DNA from: Planctomycetaceae bacterium
Lineage (GTDB): Bacteria; Planctomycetota; Planctomycetia; Planctomycetales; Planctomycetaceae
Length of the DNA: 64,000 nucleotides
Assembly: GCA_044337025.1 (NCBI GenBank)
Contig: JBIIOI010000008.1
Span: forward strand, 43,727 to 107,726
Reading direction: 5' to 3'
Numbering within the stretch: position 1 is the stretch's first letter; each line of letters opens with the position of its first letter. Positions 28,952 to 39,081 of this stretch are shown piece by piece. Position numbers and translations under genes: made by a program. Under the pieces are notes generated by a model. It saw only the letters and a list, made by a program, of their open reading frames with translations. It had not been told where the DNA came from and searched no databases.

Positions 28952-30442
28952 TCAGTGCGTACCCAGAACTGGGCGACGGACCGGAAGCGGCGTCTCTTGG
29001 GACGCCCGGTGCATCCAGACATAGACCCCATACCCGCCCGCGCAAGCCAATCCGGTCAGCATCATCCACATCTTCCAATTGCTGGGATCGGGGGCCTGGC
29101 GCAATTTGGAGACAGCTGTGCCCGCCATATCGCGAATGTCGCGATCCTGGTCATCTTTGCTCAGCCGCATCAGCGTCGGAATAAACGGCTTTCCCGCAGT
29201 TCCCGCCTTGGAGACGGCGACGACGGCGGCCACACGGACCCCGGGATCGTAGTCTTCCAGAACCTGCGAGACAGCTTCGAGACCATTCGGGGAACGTCCT
29301 TCCAGAGCTCCAAGGCTATTGATCGCCCGGATTCGGACTTCGCGATGCGGGTCGCGAATCGCTTCGATCCACTGCGATTCCAGCTGAGTGGCCAGATCGT
29401 GATGGTTGTCTCGACTCAGGCTCCAGACCAGTGAACCGACGAGTGCCACAATCAGGCCCACGAGGGTGATCTGGTCAGACTTGGAGCGTTTATAGGGCCC
29501 GACAATCGGTTCCCCGAAATCAGACCGCATCACCGGAGGCAGTTGAGGTGCGTCCGCTCCGCCTTCAATCAACAGCCGCTTCGGGTCAATCTTGACGGTA
29601 ATCGTGTTCGAGACCGTGCGCAGCTCGCGGGCCACTTCCGCGGCAGACTGCGGACGCTGCGAAGGCTCCTTGGCCATCAGCTTGGAGATCAGCTTCTCCA
29701 GCCCTGGCGGACAATCCAGAATCGACTGCGACACGCGCGGGATATCCGACCGGCAATGCATGTGCATCGTCTGGGCCGGGGATTCACCCACATAGGGAGG
29801 CTTGCCGGTCAATAGTTCATAGAACACGCAGCCCAGTGCATACAGGTCGGTCTGAGGCGTCAATTCGCCTCCCCGGATCTGCTCGGGAGACATATACAGG
29901 AGCGTGCCCGCAGTCTTTCCCGCCGCAGTAATACGCCGCGAGGCCGCCACGCTGGCCAGACCAAAGTCGCTGAGCTTCAGCCGCTGGTCACTGCCGATCA
30001 GGAAGTTACTGGGCTTGATATCTCGATGAATGACCTTGTTCTGGTGAGAACATTCCAGAGCGGCGCACATTTGCAGCCCGTAGGTCACAACCTGCTCGAC
30101 AGAGAGTCGACCGCGGCGTTGAAGCTCGTCCTCCAGGCTGCCGCCTTCGACGAGTTCCATCGCGTAGAAGCGCTGCTTGTCTTCGCTGACACCCCCAAAA
30201 CACCGCACGATATTCGGGTGCTTCAGGTTCTTGAGAACTTCCAGCTCGCGCTCAAAACGGGCCAAGGCGACTCGATCAGTCACATCGCCCGGCAACATCT
30301 TCAGGGCGACTTCCCGGTTATTGACCACATAACGGGCACGATACACGATCCCCATCCCGCCTTCGCCGATCTGCTCGATCAGCTCAAACGGCCAGATCCA
30401 GCGAGAAGCTGGAGTGACAGCGGTGGTCTTCTGAGTCGCCAT
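28952..30442 (-). CDS. serine/threonine protein kinase with a C-terminal TM segment and HEAT/PBS-lyase repeats
   Basis: The kinase motifs GEGGMGIVYRA...VALK, HRDIKPSNFLI and DFGLA are present. The C-terminus has REVRIRAINSLGALEG / DPGVRVAAVVAV repeats. ATG was mapped to 30440-30442. Confidence 0.85.
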   Translation of the reverse strand: MATQKTTAVTPASRWIWPFELIEQIGEGGMGIVYRARYVVNNREVALKMLPGDVTDRVALARFERELEVLKNLKHPNIVRCFGGVSEDKQRFYAMELVEGGSLEDELQRRGRLSVEQVVTYGLQMCAALECSHQNKVIHRDIKPSNFLIGSDQRLKLSDFGLASVAASRRITAAGKTAGTLLYMSPEQIRGGELTPQTDLYALGCVFYELLTGKPPYVGESPAQTMHMHCRSDIPRVSQSILDCPPGLEKLISKLMAKEPSQRPQSAAEVARELRTVSNTITVKIDPKRLLIEGGADAPQLPPVMRSDFGEPIVGPYKRSKSDQITLVGLIVALVGSLVWSLSRDNHHDLATQLESQWIEAIRDPHREVRIRAINSLGALEGRSPNGLEAVSQVLEDYDPGVRVAAVVAVSKAGTAGKPFIPTLMRLSKDDQDRDIRDMAGTAVSKLRQAPDPSNWKMWMMLTGLACAGGYGVYVWMHRASQETPLPVRRPVLGTH

Positions 30443-30853
30443 CCAAACACAACTCGGGGACAAAGCCAGCAGGTCAAGAGAACTGCACCCCTAACGTACC
30501 CGCCACTTCTTTGTCCGTCTGGGGAATTATTGCATCGGCCCCACAGTCGCCCAGTCCCCTTTCGGGATCAATCCAATCGCACGGGTTGTGACACGGAACA
30601 TGGACAAATCGTCAGAATCCGCACAATCCGCATAATCGGCGGGCGGCTGTTTCCATCGTGGAAAATTCCACTTGTCCCCCATGAAGAAAACCACACGACG
30701 CGAAAACAGCGTCCTCAGAATCGAACCTCGGGCAGGACCAGCGTGTCCCGTTGCCTGTCCGCAAGTGCTGTTCGTCCAGCGGCATCGGCGCCACTCAACA
30801 GAGTTTGGCAGTCGGTGTTCCGAACATGGGTTCTGAAGCTATGCATTTGTGGT

Positions 30854-30925
30854 CCAAGGCTAGCTCAACGGTAGAGCACCAGACTCAGAATCTGGCTGTT
30901 GCGGGTTCGATTCCCGTGCCAAACC
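30854..30925 (+). tRNA. tRNA-like element (canonical D-arm TAGCTCAACGGTAGAGC, anticodon stem-loop with CAG at positions 34-36, T-arm GCGGGTTCGATTCCCGT) but acceptor stem largely unpaired; possible pseudo-tRNA or remnant
   Basis: Folded manually from the sequence. The 5' CCAAGGC pairs with the 3' GCCAAAC at only 3 of 7 positions. No CCA is encoded. Confidence 0.4.
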
Positions 30926-31442
30926 GGTCCCTGTGGCCGGTAACCGACGTTTCCTGTCGGAAGACGTTGCAAGCGTCTTGTGAAGCCCGAGGGAGGCGAA
31001 CGTCCGAACGATCCGTGGATGACCTGATTGGCGATTGCTGATCGCGGGCTCAGGAACTCCACAACGCGAGGCCCCACTTTGCGGAGCATCGACAGAGTTG
31101 CCCCTCGCTCGGCTACGGGGAGTGAACGGAATCGACGATGAATCGCGGGGCTCGCCTTGCGATGAAAGTGATTCTCGATACGCACTGACGCCCAGCGAGA
31201 CAGCTCGGGACATGCTTCCCGTGAGACCGCGCGGGATGGTCGAGCGTTTCGCCTTCTGAGGGTGTTTTTGTTGGCAGATGGCGAATAGCGAATGGCAGGT
31301 GGCTTGTGGCCAGAGTCGCGCATTGATGGCTCGAAAAACTGGACGTTCGCCGGTGAACTTGCGTTCTCAACGAGTGTCTGAAACCCAATCGAACCGTCAG
31401 GAAGTCTGTTGAAATTCGGAGTGATATCCGAGGAGGTGTGTG

Positions 31443-32558
31443 ATGTTCAAGCGTTTCCAAATCCGCAGCTACGAAGCTGGACTGCTGTTTCGCAACGGTG
31501 AGTTCCTGGAACTGCTCGCGCAGGGAACTCGCTGGTTCTTCGATCCGCTGGACAAGGTCCGGGTCGATGTCGTTTCTCAGCGTGATCCCTGGCTCCTCCA
31601 CGAGAAACTCGACCTGATTGTGAAGTCGGGCGTCCTGAAGGACCGCGCGGTGGTGCTGGACCTGAAGGACCACGAGCGGGCTCTGGTTTGGGTTGAGAAC
31701 CGGTTCAGCCACATCCTGCCAGCGGGGCGGTTTGCCTACTGGACGGGGCAGAAGAACGTCCGCGTGGAGATCGTTGATTCGCGCAATGTGCGTTTCGAAC
31801 ACGAAGAGCTGAAGGTCATTGCCCGATCTCCGCTCGCACAGCGTGTACTCGATGTCTGCATGATCGAACGAGATCGCGCGGGTGTGCTGTTCATCGACGG
31901 TCGCTACATCGAAACGCTCGAACCGGGGCTGTACGCCTTCTGGAAGGGCCGTTCGGAGGCCAAAGTCGTTGAGGTCGATCTGCGCGAAACGATGGTCGAT
32001 GTTGGAGGTCAGGAAATCATGACCGCCGACAAGGTCACGCTGCGGCTGAACGCAGTAGCGACCTATAAGATCGTCGACGCGAAGAAGACCATCACGCAGA
32101 CCGACGACGTTCGCCAGGCTCTGTACCGCGAGACCCAGCTTGTTCTGCGCAGCGTAATCGGAGCCCGCGAACTCGACGTCTTCCTGACCGACAAAGATGC
32201 GGTTGCGAAGGAGATCGAGGACGCGGTCCGCCGCCGGGCCGGAGAACTGGGACTGGCGATCGCCTCGGTCGGTATCCGGGATGTCATCCTGCCGGGTGAC
32301 ATGAAGGATCTGATGAACAAGGTGACCGAAGCCCGCAAGGCGGCCGAGGCCAACCTGATCGCCCGTCGAGAAGAAACGGCTGCCATGCGCAGCCAGGCGA
32401 ACACCGCCAAACTGCTGGCGGACAACCCGGTGCTGATGCGGCTGCGCGAACTGGAAGTCCTGGAGAAGATCGCATCTGGCGGTAAGCTGAGTATCGTTCT
32501 GGGGGACCGCGTTCCGGGCGAGAAAGGTCTGACCGACAAGGTGATCAACCTCCTGTAA
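31443..32558 (+). CDS. SPFH/band-7 domain protein (slipin/flotillin-like)
   Basis: 371 aa. A strong AGGAGG Shine-Dalgarno is at 31431-31436. The SPFH core and a C-terminal coiled coil (KAAEANLIARREETAAMRSQANTAK) are present. Confidence 0.85.
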   Translation: MFKRFQIRSYEAGLLFRNGEFLELLAQGTRWFFDPLDKVRVDVVSQRDPWLLHEKLDLIVKSGVLKDRAVVLDLKDHERALVWVENRFSHILPAGRFAYWTGQKNVRVEIVDSRNVRFEHEELKVIARSPLAQRVLDVCMIERDRAGVLFIDGRYIETLEPGLYAFWKGRSEAKVVEVDLRETMVDVGGQEIMTADKVTLRLNAVATYKIVDAKKTITQTDDVRQALYRETQLVLRSVIGARELDVFLTDKDAVAKEIEDAVRRRAGELGLAIASVGIRDVILPGDMKDLMNKVTEARKAAEANLIARREETAAMRSQANTAKLLADNPVLMRLRELEVLEKIASGGKLSIVLGDRVPGEKGLTDKVINLL

Positions 32559-32674
32559 CCCCACGTGAGACGAGCACCCCAGGTCCGAACACTCGGGCCT
32601 GGGGTGTTTTCGTTGGTTGCGGGGCACTTGTGGACGCGTCGACTTCGATCTTCGACTCGATCGGATGAGTGGTC

Positions 32675-33052
32675 TCACCCATCGCTCGCTTCGTTCCGCG
32701 ATTCGGTTCCGAGCCAAAGGACATTTCCGTCAGGGTCTTCGAACTTCATTTCATAGGCCCAGGTCCAATTCTGTGGCTCCTGCCGAACCTTGGCCCCGGC
32801 CTTCCGCCACTCTTCAAACAGAGTGTCGTCCTTCATTCCTATCCACACCCACTGAGGAGGGGCGTTCGAAAACCCCTCAGCCAGCATGATCGGGCAGCCA
32901 TCGCACGACACCGAAGCAATGATGCTCCCCGGGCCACCGCCCCAGTCCAGCTGGAACCCCAGAGTCTGGGTGTAAAACTCCAAGCTCCGAGCCAGATTGC
33001 GGACCGGCAGCACGGGGATGGTGTTCTCGACACGCGCAGTTCCAGGTGACAT
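32675..33052 (-). CDS. VOC/glyoxalase-bleomycin-resistance family protein
   Basis: 125 aa, IPVLPVRNLARSLEFYTQTLGF... Confidence 0.75.
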   Translation of the reverse strand: MSPGTARVENTIPVLPVRNLARSLEFYTQTLGFQLDWGGGPGSIIASVSCDGCPIMLAEGFSNAPPQWVWIGMKDDTLFEEWRKAGAKVRQEPQNWTWAYEMKFEDPDGNVLWLGTESRNEASDG

Positions 33053-33188
33053 GGCACACTTTCGATGGGACCGAACTCCGGAGGGAATCGGAGAATCGGT
33101 TGCGGATCATAGAAGTCCTGGCTGGCAATTCGCTCGGATTCTCGCCGACTCCACGGTAACGCAGTTGGAGATATTGGGTCCCAGGAGG

Positions 33189-33213
33189 CATGTCGGGCAA
33201 GCCCGACGGCTAA
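33189..33213. repeat. REP-like palindromic element, copy 3 (CATGTCGGGCAAGCCCGACGGCTAA)
   Basis: See 14699-14721. This copy lies upstream of the secretin gene. Confidence 0.45.
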
Positions 33214-33539
33214 GCCACGCGGGTCTCTCGTGGTCCCCGGAATCCGGCATTCCTCGCCGGTAAAACGCTGGAAAACTCCGTTTTCGGCAGGAGTTGCGCC
33301 TCCGGGAAAAACTTTTCGGGAGCCCTATTGACCCTTCGAAATCGGTTGGGATACACCGGCCACCCTCGAACGGTCATGTCCTGTTCCCACATCGAAACTG
33401 GACTCCCTCACACACCTCGAACGAACCCGTTTTCCCGAGCTCTGACCCGTGCCCCCCACGGTCAGATCACTCCGGATCCCCGATTCGGTCGAGTCGTCCC
33501 GGATCGTCTCCAACCCCGGAACTCCAGGCTGGTGCTTCT

Positions 33540-36500
33540 ATGGCGCGAAAATCTTCCAATCCCCGGAACGCGGATGCCGCTCCCAAGATGGGGCGAACCT
33601 TGAAGCGGTTCCTCGGCCTGATCGCCTGCGGTGGTCTGGTCAGCGCGAGCATCTGGATCAACAGCCAGATTAACGCTCAGGATCCCGAAGCGGGCTCAAA
33701 CCCCTTCGAGCGATACAAAACCAATTCGCCCGCCATGGGCAAAAGTGCCAAGTCGGCCAAACCCTCCGACGTGAACCGTCGCCGGGTGGAAGACCAGATG
33801 CGGCAAGCCCGCCTGGCCCTCCGGAACGGGAACAGCGAGGAAGCCCAGCGGCTGGCCACGGTGGCGGACAATATGTCCCGCCAGCTGAAGGTCACCTTCC
33901 AGGCTGACGAGCAGACCCCAACCGAGCTGCTCGCCCTGATTCAGGGGCCGGTTCCCTCGGACGAAGTCCAGCTCGCCAGCAGCGAGTCGAGTGGTCGGAA
34001 CGTGCAGCAGGCAGGAGCCAGCGACGATCCGCACGCCTTCGTTCAGGCTCTCCTCACCGAGGCTCGCGAAGATATCCGCCGCGGCGAACTGGAGACCGCT
34101 CGGCAGAAGATCGAGCAGGCCAGTGCGACCGAAGTCGAGTACGGGAACTTCGACGTTCGCCCGGAACATGTCCTTGCGGAACTGGCCAAGAAGCAGGCCG
34201 CCAGCCCGGATGGCCCCTCCGACACGTTCGCCGAAATCCAGCGGACCCCCAAGGCTGGCTGGTCCGACTCGGAAGCTCCCGCTCCGGCTGCGGACCCCAG
34301 TGAAGCTGGCTCCAGCGATCTGAAGGCTCAGGCCACGGAGCTGGTCGCTCTGGCTCGTGAGTCCCTGGAAAAGGGTCACCTGGAAGAGGCCCGCGCCTTC
34401 GCGATGGAAGCTCAGAAGCTGGACGTCGAGTACGGCCTGCTGGATGAACACCCCCAGCACGTGCTGGCCGAAATCGAACGGCGTTCAAAGTCGGTCGTGA
34501 TCACCAAGCGGGCAGGCAAGGCCGTTCCGGTTGCGAACACCGATGAAGGCACCGCCAGCAAGGAAGCCGCTCTGAAGCTGCTGAGTGAAGCTCGCCAGTC
34601 GCTGGCAGCTGGCAACGTCAAGGAGGCCAAGGCCAAGGCCAGCCAGGCTCAGGATCTGGATGTCGCCTACGGCATCTTCGATGACACGCCGGATCTGGTC
34701 CTCCAGGATGTGCGAAACACCGAATCCCGCGCTTCGATCGCAGCCTCGCGGCAGACAGGCACTCAGAACGTCGCCTCGTCCGGACAGAAGGAAGCCGCAC
34801 TGAAGCTGTTGTCCGATGCTCGTCAGGCACTGAAGACCGGCGATGTCACGAAGGCCAGCAAGCTGGTTTCGCAGGCCGAGCGGATCGATGTCGCCTACGA
34901 AACGTTTGATGACCGCCCGGAAATCGTCCGCGAAGACATTGAGCGTCTGGTGGCCGGTCAACCGGGTGCTCCAGCCGCTCCGGCTTCGGACCTGAGTGCT
35001 GAAGACCAGAAGAAGGCCGCTCTGTCGCTGCTCAAGCAGGCTCGTGAAGCGATGGAACTCGGGAACTCCCGAGTGGCCCAGACCAAGGCTCAGCAGGCCG
35101 CTCAGTACGATGTGACGTACGACCTGTTTGAAGACACCCCGGAGATGATCCTCGCGGAAGTCGAGCGCGGTGCGGCGGATGCCGTCGCTGCGAAGGCTCC
35201 AGAGGCCAATGCAATGGCCGCTGCGGAAAATCAGTTCGAAGAGGCCCCGGTTCTCAATGGGTCCGCTCTCGAACTCTACAACCAGGGCGTGGACTCTCTG
35301 CGTCAGGGGGATCGCGCCCAGGCTTACAATGCCTTCCTTGCGGCCTACCAGACCGGCGAGAAGCTCGACAACTACCGCCAGCAGCAGCTGCAGGACAAGC
35401 TGCGTGAGCTGGCTCCCCGCAACCAGATTCAGCAGGTCGCCAGTGAGGTTGTCGAAGGCCAGGACTCCGGCCATATCGACATGGCTGTGCAGGAGCACGA
35501 AGCCAAGTTTGACAAGCTGCGGACCGAGACGCTCAACAGCGTCTTCCGTGCCGGAAACATGAAGGAACGCAAGCCCGATCAGGCCAAGAAGCTGCTCGAA
35601 GATCAGCTGGCCGCGATTGAAGCGTCCGGATTCGCTCCCGAGCAGGTCGAGCCGTTGGCAGGGACCGTGCGGAGCAGTCTGAGTGACGTCGACTCCTACA
35701 TGAAGCAGCGGGCTCCGATTCTCGAACTGGAGCGGAAGAACGCCGAGACCCGTGAACTGGTCGAGCGAGAAATCCAGACTCGCGTCCGCGTGGAGCAGGA
35801 ACTGGCCACTCTGGTCGAGAAGTACAACGACCTGAAGGAACAGCACCGCTACGCCGAGGCTCACGCTCTGGCGAAGCAGGCTCTGGAACTCGATCCGAAC
35901 AACGCGATCGCAGTCCAGATGGAGCTGACCGCCAAGTTCGCCATGCGAAATGCCGAGATCGAACGACTCAAAGCCGACAAGGAAGAGTCGTTCTATGAAG
36001 GCCTGCAGGACGTTGAGCGTTCCGCCATCAACGTCCTCGCCAAGGGCGATTCGATTAAGTACGACGCCAAGAGGTGGGGCGACATCCAGAACCGTAAGGC
36101 CAGCCCGGTCGATGGCACGGAACACAGTGCTGTCGAAGAGCGGATCTACTCGGCTCTGAAGGCTCCGGTCTCACTGCACTTTGACAACACTCCTCTGCAG
36201 GACGTGCTGCAGCACATCGCCGACAATCAGGGAATCGCTGTCGTTGTCGACGCCGAGGGCCTGAATGAGGAAGGCAACACCGCCAGCACCCCGGTGACGA
36301 TCAGCGTCGACGGAATTCGTCTGGAGAGCGCACTGAACCTGCTGCTCAAGCAGTTGCATCTCGACTATGTGGTCGAGAATGAAGTGCTGAACATCACCAG
36401 TGCCAGCCGTCGTCAGGGAGACATGAAGGCCATCGTCTATCAGGTGGCTGACCTGGTGACTCCACTGAACAGCCACCAGAGCCCGACCTCGGTCCTGCAG

Positions 36501-38051
36501 GCGGGAACCGGTTATGGCAGCGGCGGTCAGTTCTCGGTCGGCTTCGGGGGATTGGGACAGCTCCCAATCGAATCGAACCCGCTGATGTCGAACTCGAGTC
36601 CGGACGGACTGGAAGGCCAGCAGCCCGGTGTTCCGAACCATGACTTCCGGGCGTTGTCCGACCTGATCATGACCACCGTCGACCCGGATTCCTGGGAAGA
36701 TAACGGAGGTCAGGCCTCGATCTCGAACCACGGCAGCACGCTGAGCTTGGTCATCCGCCAGACTCAGAAGGTCCACCAGGAAATCGCCGATCTGCTCAGC
36801 CAGTTGCGGCGGCTCCAGGACCTGCAAGTGACGATCGAAGTCCGCTACATCACGATCAACGATCGGTTCTTCGAGCAGATCGGTGTCGACTTTGACTTCA
36901 ACGTGAACGACTCGATCGGCGGTCCAAGCACCGACACGGCGTTCAACCCCTTGCGAGCATTCGGCACCGTCGACCCGGTCAACGGTGTTCAGGGTGGTGC
37001 CGGTCAGACCGGAAACCAGCAGCAGCAGGGTGGCCAGGGTGGCCAGCAGAATCAAGGCGGTCAGCAGAACCAGGGTGGTGCGACTAGCTTCGTGGGTGCA
37101 GTCGGTCCGTTTGCTCAGGGGCCACGGCTCAACATGGTGGGTCGTGATCGGTGGCCATCTCGAACAGTCGTCGGCATGAGTGCTCCCGGACAGTTCGCGG
37201 GTGACCTGGATGTACCGTTCCGGCAAGGTTCGTTCGATCTGGCAGCCCCGGCGTTCGGTAACTTCGACCCAGCTGCGGGTATCCAGTTCGGGATGGCCAT
37301 CCTGAGCGATATCGAAGCGTTCCTGTTTGTGCGAGCCGCACAGGGTGATCGCCGGTCGAACATCATGTTTGCTCCCAAGGTCACGACCTTCAACGGGATT
37401 CAGGCCTCGATCTCCAGCGGTTCTCAGCGTCTGTTCGTGACCGGACTGACGCCTGTATCCTCGGGCTTCTCGATTGGCTTCCAGCCGCAGGTGACTCCGA
37501 TCTTCGAAGGCACCCAGCTCACAGTTCTGCCGGTGGTCTCCGCAGACCGCCGGTATGTCCGCCTGAGCGTGCAGCCGAACTTCCAGAACATCACCGATGT
37601 GCAGACCTTCTCCTTCGCCGGTGGCGGGGCAGGTGGCCTGACCGGCCAGGGTGGCCAAGGTCAAGGCGGATTCGGTGGTCAGGGTGGTGGCCAGGGTGGA
37701 TTGGGTGGCCAGCAGGGTGGTCAGCAGGGTGGCCAGCAGGGTGGTCAGCAGCAGAACCAGAACGGTGGTAACGGCCAGGCCGCTGCCGTTCAGCAGCCAG
37801 TCGTCGCTGTCGTGACAGTTGGTACAACTGTCAGCGTTCCAGACGGTGGTACGGTCCTCCTGGGTGGCGTGAAGTCGCTGAGCGAAGGCCGCAACATGGC
37901 TGGGGTGCCGATCCTGAACAAGATCCCCTACATCAGCCGTCTGTTCCGCAACACCGGTGTCGGTCGCGAAACCAGCAGCCTGATGATGATGGTGACTCCG
38001 CGAATCATTATTCAGGAAGAAGAAGAGCAACTGCTCGGTCTGCCTGAGTAA
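33540..38051 (+). CDS. secretin-family outer-membrane channel (GspD/PilQ-like) with about 900-aa N-terminal extension
   Basis: The C-terminal secretin signature is GVPILNKIPYISRLFRNTGVGRETSSLMMMVTPRII. STN/secretin_N-like modules are present (LHFDNTPLQDVLQHIADNQGIAVVVDAEG...). The signal peptide is MARKSSNPRNADAAPKMGRTLKRFLGLIACGGLVSASIW. The start could be 33294, 33540 or 33588. Confidence 0.85.
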   Translation: MARKSSNPRNADAAPKMGRTLKRFLGLIACGGLVSASIWINSQINAQDPEAGSNPFERYKTNSPAMGKSAKSAKPSDVNRRRVEDQMRQARLALRNGNSEEAQRLATVADNMSRQLKVTFQADEQTPTELLALIQGPVPSDEVQLASSESSGRNVQQAGASDDPHAFVQALLTEAREDIRRGELETARQKIEQASATEVEYGNFDVRPEHVLAELAKKQAASPDGPSDTFAEIQRTPKAGWSDSEAPAPAADPSEAGSSDLKAQATELVALARESLEKGHLEEARAFAMEAQKLDVEYGLLDEHPQHVLAEIERRSKSVVITKRAGKAVPVANTDEGTASKEAALKLLSEARQSLAAGNVKEAKAKASQAQDLDVAYGIFDDTPDLVLQDVRNTESRASIAASRQTGTQNVASSGQKEAALKLLSDARQALKTGDVTKASKLVSQAERIDVAYETFDDRPEIVREDIERLVAGQPGAPAAPASDLSAEDQKKAALSLLKQAREAMELGNSRVAQTKAQQAAQYDVTYDLFEDTPEMILAEVERGAADAVAAKAPEANAMAAAENQFEEAPVLNGSALELYNQGVDSLRQGDRAQAYNAFLAAYQTGEKLDNYRQQQLQDKLRELAPRNQIQQVASEVVEGQDSGHIDMAVQEHEAKFDKLRTETLNSVFRAGNMKERKPDQAKKLLEDQLAAIEASGFAPEQVEPLAGTVRSSLSDVDSYMKQRAPILELERKNAETRELVEREIQTRVRVEQELATLVEKYNDLKEQHRYAEAHALAKQALELDPNNAIAVQMELTAKFAMRNAEIERLKADKEESFYEGLQDVERSAINVLAKGDSIKYDAKRWGDIQNRKASPVDGTEHSAVEERIYSALKAPVSLHFDNTPLQDVLQHIADNQGIAVVVDAEGLNEEGNTASTPVTISVDGIRLESALNLLLKQLHLDYVVENEVLNITSASRRQGDMKAIVYQVADLVTPLNSHQSPTSVLQAGTGYGSGGQFSVGFGGLGQLPIESNPLMSNSSPDGLEGQQPGVPNHDFRALSDLIMTTVDPDSWEDNGGQASISNHGSTLSLVIRQTQKVHQEIADLLSQLRRLQDLQVTIEVRYITINDRFFEQIGVDFDFNVNDSIGGPSTDTAFNPLRAFGTVDPVNGVQGGAGQTGNQQQQGGQGGQQNQGGQQNQGGATSFVGAVGPFAQGPRLNMVGRDRWPSRTVVGMSAPGQFAGDLDVPFRQGSFDLAAPAFGNFDPAAGIQFGMAILSDIEAFLFVRAAQGDRRSNIMFAPKVTTFNGIQASISSGSQRLFVTGLTPVSSGFSIGFQPQVTPIFEGTQLTVLPVVSADRRYVRLSVQPNFQNITDVQTFSFAGGGAGGLTGQGGQGQGGFGGQGGGQGGLGGQQGGQQGGQQGGQQQNQNGGNGQAAAVQQPVVAVVTVGTTVSVPDGGTVLLGGVKSLSEGRNMAGVPILNKIPYISRLFRNTGVGRETSSLMMMVTPRIIIQEEEEQLLGLPE

Positions 38052-38136
38052 TAGAAAATGTGACGGCACTCTCCGTCTGACCGCCATCCGTTCTCTCCGA
38101 CGGGTGGCGGTTTTTCATTTGGTGAATGGCAAGAGA

Positions 38137-39081
38137 TTAGAGGTTCGCCAGGCTGAGGATTTCCTCGCCGGTCTGTTCTGCGGACTCATCTCCTCGGAGA
38201 TTGACTGGGGTCAACTCTTCGAGGTTTCGAAACCAGGTCCATTGCCGTTTGGCGAACTGATGAGTATGCGTCTTAAGCCGGGAGATCGCTTCGGAAAGCG
38301 GCAGGCCCTGTTCAAGGTGATCCAGTGCTTCGCGATAGCCCAGTGCCTGTCGGGCAGTCCGACCGAGTCCTTGCGGAGATCGCAGAAGCTCCGTCACTTC
38401 GGCGACCAGTCCCGCATCAATCATGGCATCGACACGTCGATCAATCCGTGATCGCAGCGTGTCTCGATCAGGATTCAGCCAATAGACATGCTGCGGTCGC
38501 TGATCGGGAGGCAGCGGAGTTTCCTGCTGCAATTCCGAAGCAGGGCGTCCCGTGATCGCGTGAATTTCCAGGGCTCGAATGACCCGTCGCTGATCGTTCA
38601 CGTGCAGTCGCCTGGCGGTGGGCGGGTCGACTTGGGCGAGTTGCTTGTGCAAAGCTGCGGCACCCTGCTCCGCAGCCACCCGTTCCCACTGATGGCGCAG
38701 TTCCCAGTTCGCGGATGGTCCTTCGAAAACACCTCGTAACAACGATCGGAGATAAAGCCCCGTTCCCCCTACGAACAGCGGTGTGTGACCGCGCGCGATG
38801 ATCTGCTCACAGGCAGTCAATGCGGTGGCCATGTACTCGGCTGTCGAAAACTCTTCATGAGGCTCCCGCAGGTCAAGCAGGTGATGCGGCACCGTACTCC
38901 GCTCTTCGCGAGTCGGCTTGGCCGTGCCGATATCCATTCCGCGATAGATCGTCATCGAATCCAGACAGACAATCTCGGCGCGAATTCTCTGCGCCAGCCA
39001 GATCGCCACAGCTGTCTTGCCCGACGCAGTCGGACCGGCCAGGAACCAGCAGTTCTGAAGGACGGAAACGGGAAATCGCAC
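38137..39081 (-). CDS. miaA: tRNA dimethylallyltransferase
   Basis: AGPTASGKTAVAIWLAQRIRAEIVCLDSMTIYRGMDIGTAKPT is present. The track ORF extends to 39231. The likely start is GTG near 39081 (VRFPVSVLQNCWFLAGPTASGKT), but it is uncertain. Confidence 0.8.
   Translation of the reverse strand: MRFPVSVLQNCWFLAGPTASGKTAVAIWLAQRIRAEIVCLDSMTIYRGMDIGTAKPTREERSTVPHHLLDLREPHEEFSTAEYMATALTACEQIIARGHTPLFVGGTGLYLRSLLRGVFEGPSANWELRHQWERVAAEQGAAALHKQLAQVDPPTARRLHVNDQRRVIRALEIHAITGRPASELQQETPLPPDQRPQHVYWLNPDRDTLRSRIDRRVDAMIDAGLVAEVTELLRSPQGLGRTARQALGYREALDHLEQGLPLSEAISRLKTHTHQFAKRQWTWFRNLEELTPVNLRGDESAEQTGEEILSLANL

Noticed and set aside
31113-32717. 534-aa minus-strand ORF
   Set aside because: It is antisense to the SPFH gene, which has a strong Shine-Dalgarno and a conserved fold.
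34485-38087. Two long minus-strand ORFs (546 and 638 aa)
   Set aside because: They are antisense to the secretin gene.
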